The position numbers and the translations under genes are program-made. Positions 24,641 to 35,685 of a DNA stretch of 64,000 nt are shown one piece after another (positions within the stretch are counted from its first letter, which is position 1; each line of letters opens with the position of its first letter). The notes under the pieces were generated by a model that had not been told where the DNA came from, did not search any database, and saw only the letters and a list, made by a program, of their open reading frames with translations. The stretch is from Hormiphora californensis. Lineage: Eukaryota > Animalia > Ctenophora. Location of the stretch: assembly GCA_020137815.1 (NCBI GenBank), contig CM035355.1, positions 3,596,001 through 3,660,000 of the forward strand, in the 5' to 3' direction.

Positions 24641-24990
24641 TCTCCGATTGTTTGTTGGTTCGGATAGAGCACAGTAGTCGAGATGAGAGAGGTCCGCGGT
24701 GTATTAGAGATGGGGAGAAGGGACGTCGTGACGTCACACCTGTGATGATGACGTCATATTGAGAGATACACCTGAGTTGGGGAAATTTGTGTGTTTCAAC
24801 CGACACAGCTGGACACGACGACAAACTCAATCATACTGACGACCGACACAGAGCATACCAAACTGTATGTAGAAGGCAGGTAACTGTAGAAACCACTGCT
24901 GAAAACACCAAGTAACCATGGAAACACCATATCACCATGGAAACATCATCACCATAGAAACGGTCGGAATGGAGATCTGTATTTACACAT

Positions 24991-26991
24991 TCAGCTATCT
25001 TTATACGCTTTACAGCTATTGCACTCTGTTGCAAAACTGTGATTTATGTGGGAACACCGGCCACACACCCAGTTTGGCGTCTGACTTGCCTTGTCCTTCC
25101 CACACTTATTACACCGGGATCGTTTTGGCCAGTTAACATTCTCACACCCCGCACAAATCCAGCTACATGTTGGCTCGCCAGGCTGTACCACGGGCTGCTG
25201 AGCCGAACAGAAACTACCTGCAACATTATTCTGTGCTGAAAACCCACCACCACCACCGGTACCTCCACCACCACCACCTCCACTGGAGGGTCCTCCTGGC
25301 CCGTAGAAGCTGTAACTGGAGTTGTTTGGGAAGTTACCGGGTTTATTGTTACTGTATTGTTGGATGGCAGGATGGAAATTCTGATAGGAGTTACCACCAC
25401 CGCCTCCCGCTGAGTTGTAGTATTCATTACCACCTGCCGAGTTGAATGATCCATCAAAACCATACCCATAGCTGTCAGATACAAAACCTCCGGATCCGGT
25501 ACCGGTCCGAGGGGGCCGGCCGGAGCCACACTTGTTACACTCCAGCCTAAAGTGGTAGTTGTTATTACCACAGGATCCGCACCTCCATTGGGCATCACCG
25601 TTAGCTATCCGCCCTGATCGAGTCTCTGGAGATAGGGCCTCCGCTTTGGACATCTTGCACTTGTTACACTGCGTCCGTAACGGGAAGTTCAAGTTATCAC
25701 AGTTATAACATGTCCAGTTATCAGTCCTGTTTTGGACTCGCTCATAATCAACTGTGAAATGAGACCGAGGTTTGTTACCTACTGGTGGTTGTTGTTGCCG
25801 GAACATTTGGACCGCATCAATACTCTCCCCCGTACCAGGAGGGTGGTCTTTAGAGGGTGGTTTAGAGTAGCTGGTGTAACTTGTCTGGTAGGTTGGTTTA
25901 CTATCCACTGCACCAGCCCCAACAGGGATGGTTAGAGGTCCGGGGGCGAGGGAGGAGTTGACCGAGGGTGCTACTGCACTGGCCCCAGATCCAGGCTCGG
26001 TGGTTCCTGGGGCAGCGGGGACGGGTTGACCTAGAGCAGCTCCCACCGCGTGGACAGCTGCAGAGAGGGAGGATAAAACATGGTCCTCAGCCGGTTCAGG
26101 GGGCTTCATTTCCTCCCCAATCTCACTCTTTGGTAGCTGGCACTTGTTACAGAATACCCGATAGTAGAAATTAACGTTATCACACACGGTACATTTCCAA
26201 TCAAGGTTGGTTCGTTTGTAGGCCGTTTCCGGGTTGATTCCCTCCTTTTTCTCTATTTTACACTTGTTACACTCACTTCTAAAGGGTAGGTTAACATTAT
26301 CGCAGTTGTAGCACAGCCAGTTCTCCGTTTTCTCCTGACTGTCAAAAGACCGGGCCACGGACATGGCCTCCGATTTGGGTAGTTTACACTTGTTGCACGC
26401 TATCCGGTAGGGGTAATTACTGTTCCCACAGCTCATACACAACCAATCCTGGTTAGTCCGGAACTGTCCCACCGCAGGGTTGATTGCCTCGTTCTTGGGG
26501 AGCCGACACTTGTTACACTCCTCCCTAAAGGCCCGGTTGATATTGTCACAGTTTAGACAGGTCCAGTCCGCGAAGCCGTTCTGAGCCTGGGCCTCCAGCC
26601 CGGGTCGGGGAGCCTTACAACGGTTACAAACAGTCCGGTGGGGCCAGTTGTTGTTCCGGCAACTGTAACACATCCAACTGTTAGGGTTCTCTTTCTTCCT
26701 CTTTAACTGGGATTCCTGGGACGTTTTACACTGGAAACACTCACTGGCACTCGCAAAGTTCCGGTACTGACACTCATCACATTTCCACGTGCTCTCTCTA
26801 TCGGCACCCGTGACGTCATCGTGCTTCCGTTTCTGGAGGTTGGTGGGCTGCTCCACGGTGACGTACCCGGTGGAGGGTTTAACTGTCAGACATGACTTGC
26901 AGGTGTCCCGGGTTTCAGAGTTGACCGAGTTGCAGCCGGTACACGCCCAACCGGAGGGGGTCTGGTCCATGGCTATGTCACCCGAGGTCAT
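24991..26991 (-). CDS. RanBP2-type ZnF array protein B (11 fingers, G/N/S/Y-rich linker)
   Basis: Eleven W-x-C-x2-C-x3-N-x6-C-x2-C units in one 666-aa ORF; acceptor attttag 2 nt before the ATG. Confidence 0.92.
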   Translation of the reverse strand: MTSGDIAMDQTPSGWACTGCNSVNSETRDTCKSCLTVKPSTGYVTVEQPTNLQKRKHDDVTGADRESTWKCDECQYRNFASASECFQCKTSQESQLKRKKENPNSWMCYSCRNNNWPHRTVCNRCKAPRPGLEAQAQNGFADWTCLNCDNINRAFREECNKCRLPKNEAINPAVGQFRTNQDWLCMSCGNSNYPYRIACNKCKLPKSEAMSVARSFDSQEKTENWLCYNCDNVNLPFRSECNKCKIEKKEGINPETAYKRTNLDWKCTVCDNVNFYYRVFCNKCQLPKSEIGEEMKPPEPAEDHVLSSLSAAVHAVGAALGQPVPAAPGTTEPGSGASAVAPSVNSSLAPGPLTIPVGAGAVDSKPTYQTSYTSYSKPPSKDHPPGTGESIDAVQMFRQQQPPVGNKPRSHFTVDYERVQNRTDNWTCYNCDNLNFPLRTQCNKCKMSKAEALSPETRSGRIANGDAQWRCGSCGNNNYHFRLECNKCGSGRPPRTGTGSGGFVSDSYGYGFDGSFNSAGGNEYYNSAGGGGGNSYQNFHPAIQQYSNNKPGNFPNNSSYSFYGPGGPSSGGGGGGGTGGGGGFSAQNNVAGSFCSAQQPVVQPGEPTCSWICAGCENVNWPKRSRCNKCGKDKASQTPNWVCGRCSHINHSFATECNSCKAYKDS

Positions 26992-27392
26992 GACTAAAAT
27001 ATGGGAGAGAGGGGGAGTTAGTTTGGGGTGAGGGGGAGATAGAGAGAGGGAGAGTTAGTTGGAGAGGGGGAGTTAGAGAGAGGGAGGGGGAGTTAGAAAG
27101 AGGGGCCAGGGGGAGTAGGATGGGAGTTAGTAGGGGTGGGAAGCTAGAGATAAAGGGAGTTAGAAATAGGGGGAGGGAGTTAGAGAGGTGGAGGAATGGA
27201 GTGGTTAGAAAAGATAAAAGGGTTTCTGAATATATCTAGTAAAAACCAGACCACCAATACACAACAAGAAATCGTTTGGTATATATTGACTTATTATTAT
27301 TCATATTTTCACACACACAGACACACGGCAGAAAACCAAGATAAATACATCTCGGCATGAGAGATATATGAAATGTGTGTGAAGCACATTAA

Positions 27393-27842
27393 AGGTTGAC
27401 AAGATACCTAAAACTTTTCGTATATCGTCTTATTTTGATTTATCATTAATTTTAAGCATTTTTTCAGAATTTTTTGTCGGCTAGAAAAAAATTCGAAATA
27501 GGGGGTCTACCGATATTGTCAGCACTGGTTTTACTGGGCACACTCACTGCGTCTCGCAAATTGAAATTCACGTTTCCGGTTCCTCAAAAGATAAAGACTT
27601 GATCTTGGTTGCGTTGGATTGGTCTCAATAAGACCTTTCCAACGCTACCAAAACGGTTTCTGTATCTCATCAGGAACCGGAGATATTACGTTATCAATTT
27701 TAAAAAAGGCACACTCATTTGTCAGTAGACCCCCTATTTTGCACATATTTCTAGCCGACAAAAAATTCTGAAAAAATGCTGAAAATTAATGATAAATCAA
27801 AATAAGACGATATACGAAAAGTTTTAGGTATCTTGTCAACCT
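27393..27842. mobile_element. Non-autonomous Kolobok-like DNA transposon (TTAA TSD, AGG...CCT termini, ~120-bp TIRs)
   Basis: ttaa|aggttgacaagatacctaaaac ... gttttaggtatcttgtcaacct|ttaa. Confidence 0.85.
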
Positions 27843-27972
27843 TTAAGGGATTATAATGAAAATAAAAGAAGAAGCTCCTTGCTCCCTTCCCCCTCTCTCT
27901 TTCTCTCTCTCCAAGTCCAGCAGCAGTCTCTCTCTCTCTATCTTGTGGTCAACAACACCTCAGTACAACCTC

Positions 27973-29307
27973 CTATTTAGGTGCCCTGCACTTGAAGCAC
28001 TCTGTTCTGCTAGCGAAGTTGTTAGCGCCACACTGGGGACACGGCCAATCTCCCTCTCTGAAACCACCACCCCGACCACCTCCCCCACGGCCACCAAATC
28101 CTCCACCACCTCCTCGTCTATCTCCATACCCACCTCTCCTATCACCGCCCCCTCCGTACCTATCATCTCGCCTACCACCTCCACCATATCCTCCTCCACC
28201 TCCACCACCACCGCCACCACCCATTTCAGAGGGTCGGGGTGCCTTGCACCGGTTACACTCAAACCTCCGGGCAAAGTTGTTGTTGTTACACTGGGGACAG
28301 TTCCAATCACCCTCCTTACCGCCTCCTCCTCCTCCACCACCGCCGCGACCACCAGGGGACCTGGAGCGACGCCGAGGGGACCTGTCCCTTCTGCCACCAC
28401 CACCACCTCCATAGGAGTCTCTGCCTCCATCCCGGCCACCTCTATCTCTACCTCCTCCTCCGTAGGAATCTCTACCACCCCGGTCACCCCCTCCTCCATA
28501 TCCTCCCCTACTACCACCGCCACCTCCTCGACCTCCACCTCGTCTTCCTCCACTCCATTCCTCGCTCTTAGTAGCCAGTTCTACAGAGATTGTAGAACCC
28601 CCAAACTCCTTACCACTGAACCAGGAAATGGCAGCCGTAGCGGCACTTGGATCTTCGTATGTTACACTAGCACAACCCTTATCAGGCCAGATTTTAATCC
28701 TAGGCATCCGTATCTTCTTGTCCATTTTGATGATCCCAATACTTCCGAACCTCTCCTTGATTTCATCGTTGGAGGGTGGTGTTTTAGTGTTGAGACCCGT
28801 GATAAAGATCTGATTCTCAATAACGTCTCTGTTCTCGTTCTTAGCGCCATATCCACCCTGCTGGGTCTGCTGCTGTTGCTGCTGCTGCTGACCGTATCCT
28901 CCCTGGTTACCTTGGTTACCAAAACTCTGGTTACCATTTCCACCAGCACCCTGTGTAGCTCCTCCATAACTCTGGTTGCCATAACCACCCTGGGCCTGTT
29001 GGTATCCACCTTGTGCCTGCTGATAGCCACCTTGTGCTGCCTGCTGCTGCTGCTGTCCGTATCCTCCGCTCTGGTTTCCATATCCAGCCTGCTGGGTGGC
29101 TGGTTGTTGAGGTTGGCCATACTGGGCACCCGCTCCGTACCCCTGCTGGCTGTACTGGTTGTAGGAGGGTGGTTGCTGGGCGGTCTGGGGAGGTGGTGCC
29201 CCGTAGGGGGGTGCCGGCATGCCAGGGGGTAGGGCAGCTCCTCCCGTTGGGGCGGGCGGTACCGCCGCCTGGGCCTGGTATCCTCCGTAGTAATCCGTGG
29301 AGGACAT
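27973..29307 (-). CDS. FET-family (FUS/EWSR1/TAF15/cabeza-like) RNA-binding protein, intronless, two RanBP2 fingers
   Basis: QGSY-rich N-terminus; FET-type RRM (NQIFITGL, FGSIGIIKMDKK, KGCASVTYEDP, AISWFSGKEF); RGG; DWNCPQC..NFARRFECNRC; DWPCPQC..NFASRTECFKC. Confidence 0.93.
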   Translation of the reverse strand: MSSTDYYGGYQAQAAVPPAPTGGAALPPGMPAPPYGAPPPQTAQQPPSYNQYSQQGYGAGAQYGQPQQPATQQAGYGNQSGGYGQQQQQAAQGGYQQAQGGYQQAQGGYGNQSYGGATQGAGGNGNQSFGNQGNQGGYGQQQQQQQQTQQGGYGAKNENRDVIENQIFITGLNTKTPPSNDEIKERFGSIGIIKMDKKIRMPRIKIWPDKGCASVTYEDPSAATAAISWFSGKEFGGSTISVELATKSEEWSGGRRGGGRGGGGGSRGGYGGGGDRGGRDSYGGGGRDRGGRDGGRDSYGGGGGGRRDRSPRRRSRSPGGRGGGGGGGGGKEGDWNCPQCNNNNFARRFECNRCKAPRPSEMGGGGGGGGGGGYGGGGRRDDRYGGGGDRRGGYGDRRGGGGGFGGRGGGGRGGGFREGDWPCPQCGANNFASRTECFKCRAPK

Positions 29308-29883
29308 CCTAGGAGGGGTTCGGGTAAGAAAAGGGACGGGGTTATAACTTAAAACACAAGTAAAGAGAGGTTATAGAATCAATAAGTTAAACTTAAAACA
29401 AGAGCGGGGGTTGAATCGTACATCTTGACAAAGCAGCCGCCAAAGGGCTGGCGCGCGCGCAACGTGAGTTCTGCGACAGCCACCCTCACACCGTGAACTG
29501 TGCGCAAATCCACTAGTAGAGAAAGAAGCGGGCGGGGGGAGCGGGAGAACACTGCTTTTGCATGTATAAAATTTGTGCATCATGATGGTACCCGATAAAA
29601 TACAACACAATACATATCTTTCTAGATTGTCCCTGTACACAATTCTCTCTCTCTCCTCCCCGGTGTGTTGTCCCCTGAAGGGATGGGTGATCAACGGATT
29701 ACTTACCAGTGTTAAACACCTGAAAACCGGGTTTAAATCCACAACCAACGACCGAGAATTCCACCTCTACACATTGCCACACCGATATTATACACTACAC
29801 GCAAACACTCCTAAATACTCATTTTGCAAGGACTTTACCTGGTTTTTAAAAAGCTGATCAGTTGTTGGTCAGTATCTGGATTG

Positions 29884-30646
29884 TTAAAGGAAAAACGTCC
29901 GCCTGTTCACGTCCATTTGTTTGTGATTATAATACCATTCGTACTCGCCCGTCGTTGTGTCGAATGTTCCTTTTTGTACCCTTCTCAGTTTGAGGGTGAA
30001 TCGTGGTCCTAATTCCTGGAGACCCACTTTAACGTTGTTCTTGAAAACATACCTAGAGGGAGGGAGTGGTAGGTGAGGGAGTGGAAGAGGGGAGAGGTGG
30101 AGAAAGGTGGAAGGAAAAACAAAATGGGCCAAAAGAGAGCAGAGTATGATCAGGGTATAACTAACCGATGTCGTCTGAAAAATATAAAGTCCCGCTGGTT
30201 GTGGAATGTAACACAATTCCGGCCCCTAAACTGTGGGTCATAGTGGAAAAGAGATCCCATCATTCGGCCTATTGAGTGTCCGAGACGGGTTGAAAAGTTG
30301 TTGAGTATCACTTCTGGTCGGTGCGTCGTTGCATTACCGTGACGCTGTAAAAACAGAAGAACAGTTGGAAAATGCTCTAAGGGGTATAGATTAACCTGGA
30401 TATACTTGACTTGCTCGACCCTCTCTCCAAGCCCAGAGGGTTAGAACATAACAACAATATAACCGTGTTTTCATAACAGAATAACAAAGTTAATTTCCCG
30501 AAAAATGAGATATAATTACCTTGAGCTGTTTCTTCAGTACAACAGATGTTAACCTAAAAGTAGCTGTCGGACCCTCCGGCAAATGGCACACAATTATACT
30601 GTATAGTCGGTTAAGGAAGTTAACTGAGAGAGAGAAAGAAAAAGAA

Positions 30647-30695
<49 letters not shown>

Positions 30696-32033
30696 CGAGT
30701 AAAAAAGATAGAAAATGTGTGACAGGAAAAGTGTAACAGTATAGAAAGGGATAAAAAAGACAAGAGAGATAATGCTATCTCGATATAATATGGCCAGTAA
30801 AAAGGATACTTGGTTTCTTCATGTCCTCATTGACAACGATGATATCTGTAAAACCAGCATCGACACTCTGCTTCACGAGACACTTCATGTCCACCTTCCC
30901 CCGCTTGCTGTACTCGCTGTTCGGTATTACGTTCACTAACTCGTCAACAAATTTACGGGTACCCTGTAGATGGTTTCTTGAGTTAGTTTTGGGTAGTATT
31001 GGTTGTTATTGGGTAATATAAAGTATTGGTTGGTATTGGTTGTTATTGGGTTAGGATCCAACACAATGGGAACTCGGAAACTATCCGGGGGTCGTCACGT
31101 TAGTTTTGGAAGTTTCGTAAGTTTAAAAACAGCCGCACAACTAACAAAAACATGACGACCATCAATTATCCAAAGCAATGCCTGTGTAAAACTTGTTTTA
31201 ACTAACGAACTGAACGAGATGATATATATCTTACCAGTGATGACTTTTTATTTGTTGTAACAAGAACTTTAGGGGGTGTTTCACAGTTGAAGTAGGCTGC
31301 AAAATCATCCATCTGTGTATCTTTTGCCACCTGAGAAGGGGGACAGTATAAATGTGTTAGAAATGTGTTAGAAATGCTGGGTCAGAGTAAAGTGTGTTGG
31401 AAATGTGTTAGAGTTTGAGGAATTGTTAGAATAAAATGTGCTAAAGATGTCTTAAAACTGTGCTAGAAACACAGTCAACAGATAGAAATAAGTAGAGACG
31501 AGAGAAACGCCCAAAAGTATCGATTGTATAAATTGACAAGTGCATTATAGTTACGACTAACTAGTGAAACTATCAGTTCTCTAGTTTGGTTTGGTATAGA
31601 ACTGAGTCTCACTAGAGACTACTATACCTCTTCATCGTCTGCATCTACAGTTGTGATATCGGCCGGTCTGAGTGACTCAATGGTGTGGGGCACTGGTTTA
31701 GGAGGAGCCTCATCCCCCATCGCCTCCCTCATTTCCTCTGCAGCCTTCCTTCTCTTCTTTTTCTCCTGATCGAGGGTGGGGTAGAGATGTTATTATAAGG
31801 GCGGGGGTGAGTAGAGAGAAGGAAGAAACGTAGTAGAATTCCCATAAAAGCAGTTCAGCACAATAATGAATTGCTGGTGTTATAACAAGTTGAAGTACCG
31901 TGTTTTTAGCTCTCTTCATTTTTGTAAACATTTGCCTCTTGACCACTTTGCATTTCCGTTCATTGATCGGTAGTTTGTGATAGCTGACTGGGTTTGCCAT
32001 CATTGCTGTACTTGACGATGCTTCTTCTGACAT
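29884..32033 (-). CDS. RPF1: Ribosome production factor 1 (Brix domain), about 7 exons
   Basis: [85 protein letters not shown] stop. Confidence 0.92.
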
Positions 32034-32127
32034 TATTTAGCTGCTAGTAGAGTAATATTTGGTTAAAACAAACTGACAAAATGACTTCTTTTAAAGTCAA
32101 GTCAAGACAGTGAGAGACAAATGGTGT

Positions 32128-34267
32128 GTGTGTGTGTGTGGTGTCGTGTACCTCCCGTACTTCCACCCACTTGCTGTCGTTGGGGAGCAGCGTTCCCTAG
32201 ATTTCACAGTTCTCTCCTCAGGTCACCAACACACATGGCTGCCCAGAGCGCCGTGCTCGATCTCCCGGTCAGGCCCCACCAAGGTAGCGCCGGGTTTCCC
32301 CGGTACCCCCTAGTAGTGCCCTTCCATTGGAAGACACGAGTCGACAGACGAGAACTGTTTCGATAAAGAGCATGAAGGTCACCACCAACAGCAGGCGCAC
32401 TAGTACTACTGTACCAGTCTTACGGTACTGGGTTTCCCCAGAATAGGTTAAATCGCCGAACGATAGTGCGCGTTCATCTTCACCACGATGAGGCACCATT
32501 TGTGCACTACCACCTGCCTGTTTCCAGGCGTGTACCTCTGATCGGGGTACAGTAGTAGGGTTCGGTCCATCGAGTCGTCATAGCAGCTATGATCGAGTCG
32601 ACCCAGGTGGCGCTGTTCTTTCTGTTTTGCCAATCTAGCTGTGGGGGGCCAGTCCAAAGGCTAGTGACTTGGTTTGTATTGCGCTTTTGCTAGTTGCGGA
32701 TTTGCTTCTGCCGTGATGGTTTCAACAGACTCTACCTGATGAGATCAGGACTTTGCCAGTATGCACTTTTAAACTATCGTTGGTATAGAATCGTTTTGGT
32801 GGTAGCGTTATATTTTATTTGAATAGACCGGATTTGGTGACTACATTGGTGAGTTTCCTTAGTTCTAGTGGCTCGTCTTCATTGTTATATGTTTTCTTTG
32901 ATATTTTGGTACTCTTGTGTGTATCTGAGGTGGTCAAGGTCAGGACAGTTTAGTAGTTTGTGTTTGGAGTTTTCTCTTACCCCGCATAATTCACAGTTGG
33001 GTTTTATGGAAGGGTCTCTGTGGGAGAGGGCACTTCCCATGTTGTTCTGGCCCGATATGGCTAGTGTCAGACTTCTCATTGTTTCCTTGTTTTTGATTGT
33101 TAGTTTTGTGTTTTCTTTAATAATCTTCCCGATAATCGTTGTAGTGAACTCAGAGTAATTTTTGTCTTTAGTTCAGCGATTATTCCTGTCTTGTGTGGTT
33201 GTTTCAGCTTTGCCGTTATTTGGCTCTTTGTTTGTCCCAGTGCATTCTGGGTGTTTTGCTGTTTGCAGTCGCTTGTTTTGCTATTTGATCTGCCATCTCA
33301 TTACCTTCTATGTTTGCATGGGCCTTCACCTTTACTATTTCTACGCCATTATCTCTTTGCAGTTTGTGTATACTTCGTAGGGTTTCAGTTAGTTGTTTTG
33401 AGTTTGAAAAATTTCTTGTTAGTCTTCTCAGTGTACTTGTAGTGCTAGAGTCGGTGTGGATCACTAGATGTGACTCCTTTGTTCCCATTTCTAGTAGTTT
33501 CTTTATTACCAAATGTATTGCCAGTAGCTCTGCTTGATTTTTGGTGTTTTCGGGTGCAAGGGGCTCTTTGAGGATGATTTCCTGGTTATCCATGTAGATT
33601 ATGGCTCCTGCCCCTGTCATTATATGTGTTGAGTCTTTCTTAATTCTTGACCCATCTGTATACGCGTTTATTATTTTGTTCTTGCTCAGTTGGGAGTTTT
33701 GTTCAGAGGTTATATCGGTGTGTTTTGTCTGGTCGATGGCATTAGGAATTTTTAGGCTTGTTATGAGTAATTTTATCGCTTTCGAGTGCGTTAGATGAGC
33801 TCTTTTTTCGTGGAAGGGGTCTGTCCACCAGTTTCCCTCAGCCTTCAGGTGTATATAGTTGTTGATACTTTCTTTGTTGATATGGTAAGTGACGTCCACT
33901 CCTGCCATTGTGGTTAGCACTATGTGCTGAGTGTGTTCGTGTCCTCCGGTGATCCTTCGAGTGATAGAGTTCTGTGCTGCTTCCAGCTTCATCTTGAGTG
34001 TTTGGTTTTTCAGCACTTTCTGTCCCCATATGCCTGCCCCGTATGTCAGGGTCTTCATAAGTATATAATTGTCGTGAACGTATCTGCCTTGGGCTGTGCT
34101 TATTCCCCATTTTGTTGTCATGAGGTGTCTCAGTGGTCTCGCAGATCGTTTAATTTAGATCCTAGTTATTCCTAGATACATCGCCTGGTTTGTGACTGGG
34201 ATAGTGTAATGCTAGAGTCGGTGTGGATCACTAGGTGTGACTCCTTTGTTCCCATTTCTGGCAGTTT
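32128..34267 (-). mobile_element. 5'-truncated non-LTR retrotransposon with RNase H and C-terminal Cys/His knuckle; (AC)n tail; 15-bp TSD agagacaaatggtgt
   Basis: RNase H motifs YTDGS, NQAELLAI, IHTDS, VKAHANIEGNEMADQIAK; CELCGVRENSKHKLLNC; TSD at ~32113 and ~34268. Confidence 0.88.
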
Positions 34268-34399
34268 AGAGACAAATGGTGTCTCTACACGCTCTCAGGA
34301 TTTTGCTTTTCTTTTTTTTTGATCTACCGAACCCTCACAGAGAAATTTAACACGGCAGATTACGGTGCACACCAGGAAAATAGCCAGGAAATTTCACCA

Positions 34400-35500
34400 G
34401 CGAAATCGGTTTGCCAATGACGAACTGTGACCCAGCCTCGACGAGGAGCTAAGCGGTTAGATAACGAATCTGATTGAGCCTGAAATGTACATAGCCTCCA
34501 GGTTAGAAAATGTTCGATGGAGTTTGGTTTACCACAGGCGCAATAGTTGGGAAATTCGTGTAGGGAAAGGTCAAATCTCATGAACAGAGAATCTCGAAAC
34601 TCGGATTAGTTGAGATTGAAGCAGTGTTCCTCCAAGGGAAGGGTGGTTAACCAGGTGACGGACCCACGTCTACAGAACTCATGATGGAGCTGATCGGAAA
34701 TGGTAAATAACCGGTTCCTCCGGGCCTTTTGGTTTCATCTCTACTAGCACTTCTCTCCCATATCATTGTCAATGCTTGTGTTCTGTTCAATAATAATCTG
34801 AGAGAGAGTGGTGCAGTTCCATCATGAAATCTTTATGTTCCGTGACTTAACAGGGGTCATGAATCCCAAGTCCTCCGTTTCTGTAAGGCAGCTAAAATAG
34901 TTCTCAATTTTGTAGAGGAGTGAAGTGATTGTTGAGGATAGCTGGTATTCTAGAGTACTCCCAGGTATCCGTGGCCGTCTGACTTTATGATTACGGCAGT
35001 GTCTGAGAAGATCGATTTTGATCTTATAATTTACTCTGGTTTTACGATTAACACTGACTTAACCGTTCGTGGAAAGAAGCCGTTGATGACTAGATCGTCC
35101 AAACATCAAACTCACGTTAAGTACAGAACAGACAGGGCCCAACAGACAGCACGAGCGGCTGCATCATCAGCGTAGAAATTAAGTTTCGGGGAAGGTCATA
35201 TTTAGTTTTTCGAGGAGAGGACGAAAACTGACAAAACAGAAGGGCCCTAGGGGAGGAGGTGTTGCACCTTTGGGAGTTTTATTCCACAGAGGACTGAGGA
35301 TGGCCACCGCCCAAGACGCGGTCAATGACGTCCAAGGGCATTAAAAAGCGGATTGTGGCTTAGACGTCGTAAATAAAGCTTTAAGCGGGTGGCCAATATG
35401 ACGGTGTATTACTGTTACAGAGGTAGAGACTTGTAATGGGCTACGGGAAAAAGCGGCGACGTCGGATGTAGAGACAAACCGGTGACTCGGCTTTTGAAAA
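34400..35500 (-). pseudogene. Degenerate older copy of a CRE-like RT/RLE element
   Basis: NFYADDAAA at ~35155-35180; MRFDL..CACGKPNSIEHFL matches the intact copy next door. Confidence 0.65.
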
Positions 35501-35685
35501 TTTTACAACCCACTAGGGACCTCAGGGGTGAAACGGTGCAGAGCAGCCACTAGACACGGTGAGGTGTGAATCAAGTCATCATATGGTCCCTGTGTGGGTT
35601 GTGCAGAAAAATAACTTAATCAAACGCCTACACACTAAAAAATTGATAAATAATATAAAAATAGTCTCTCATCACTAATGACATT

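Noticed and set aside
27856-29232. 458-aa + strand ORF, and similar antisense ORFs over ZnF C, D, E and F
   Set aside because: Antisense shadows of Gly/Arg-rich coding sequence
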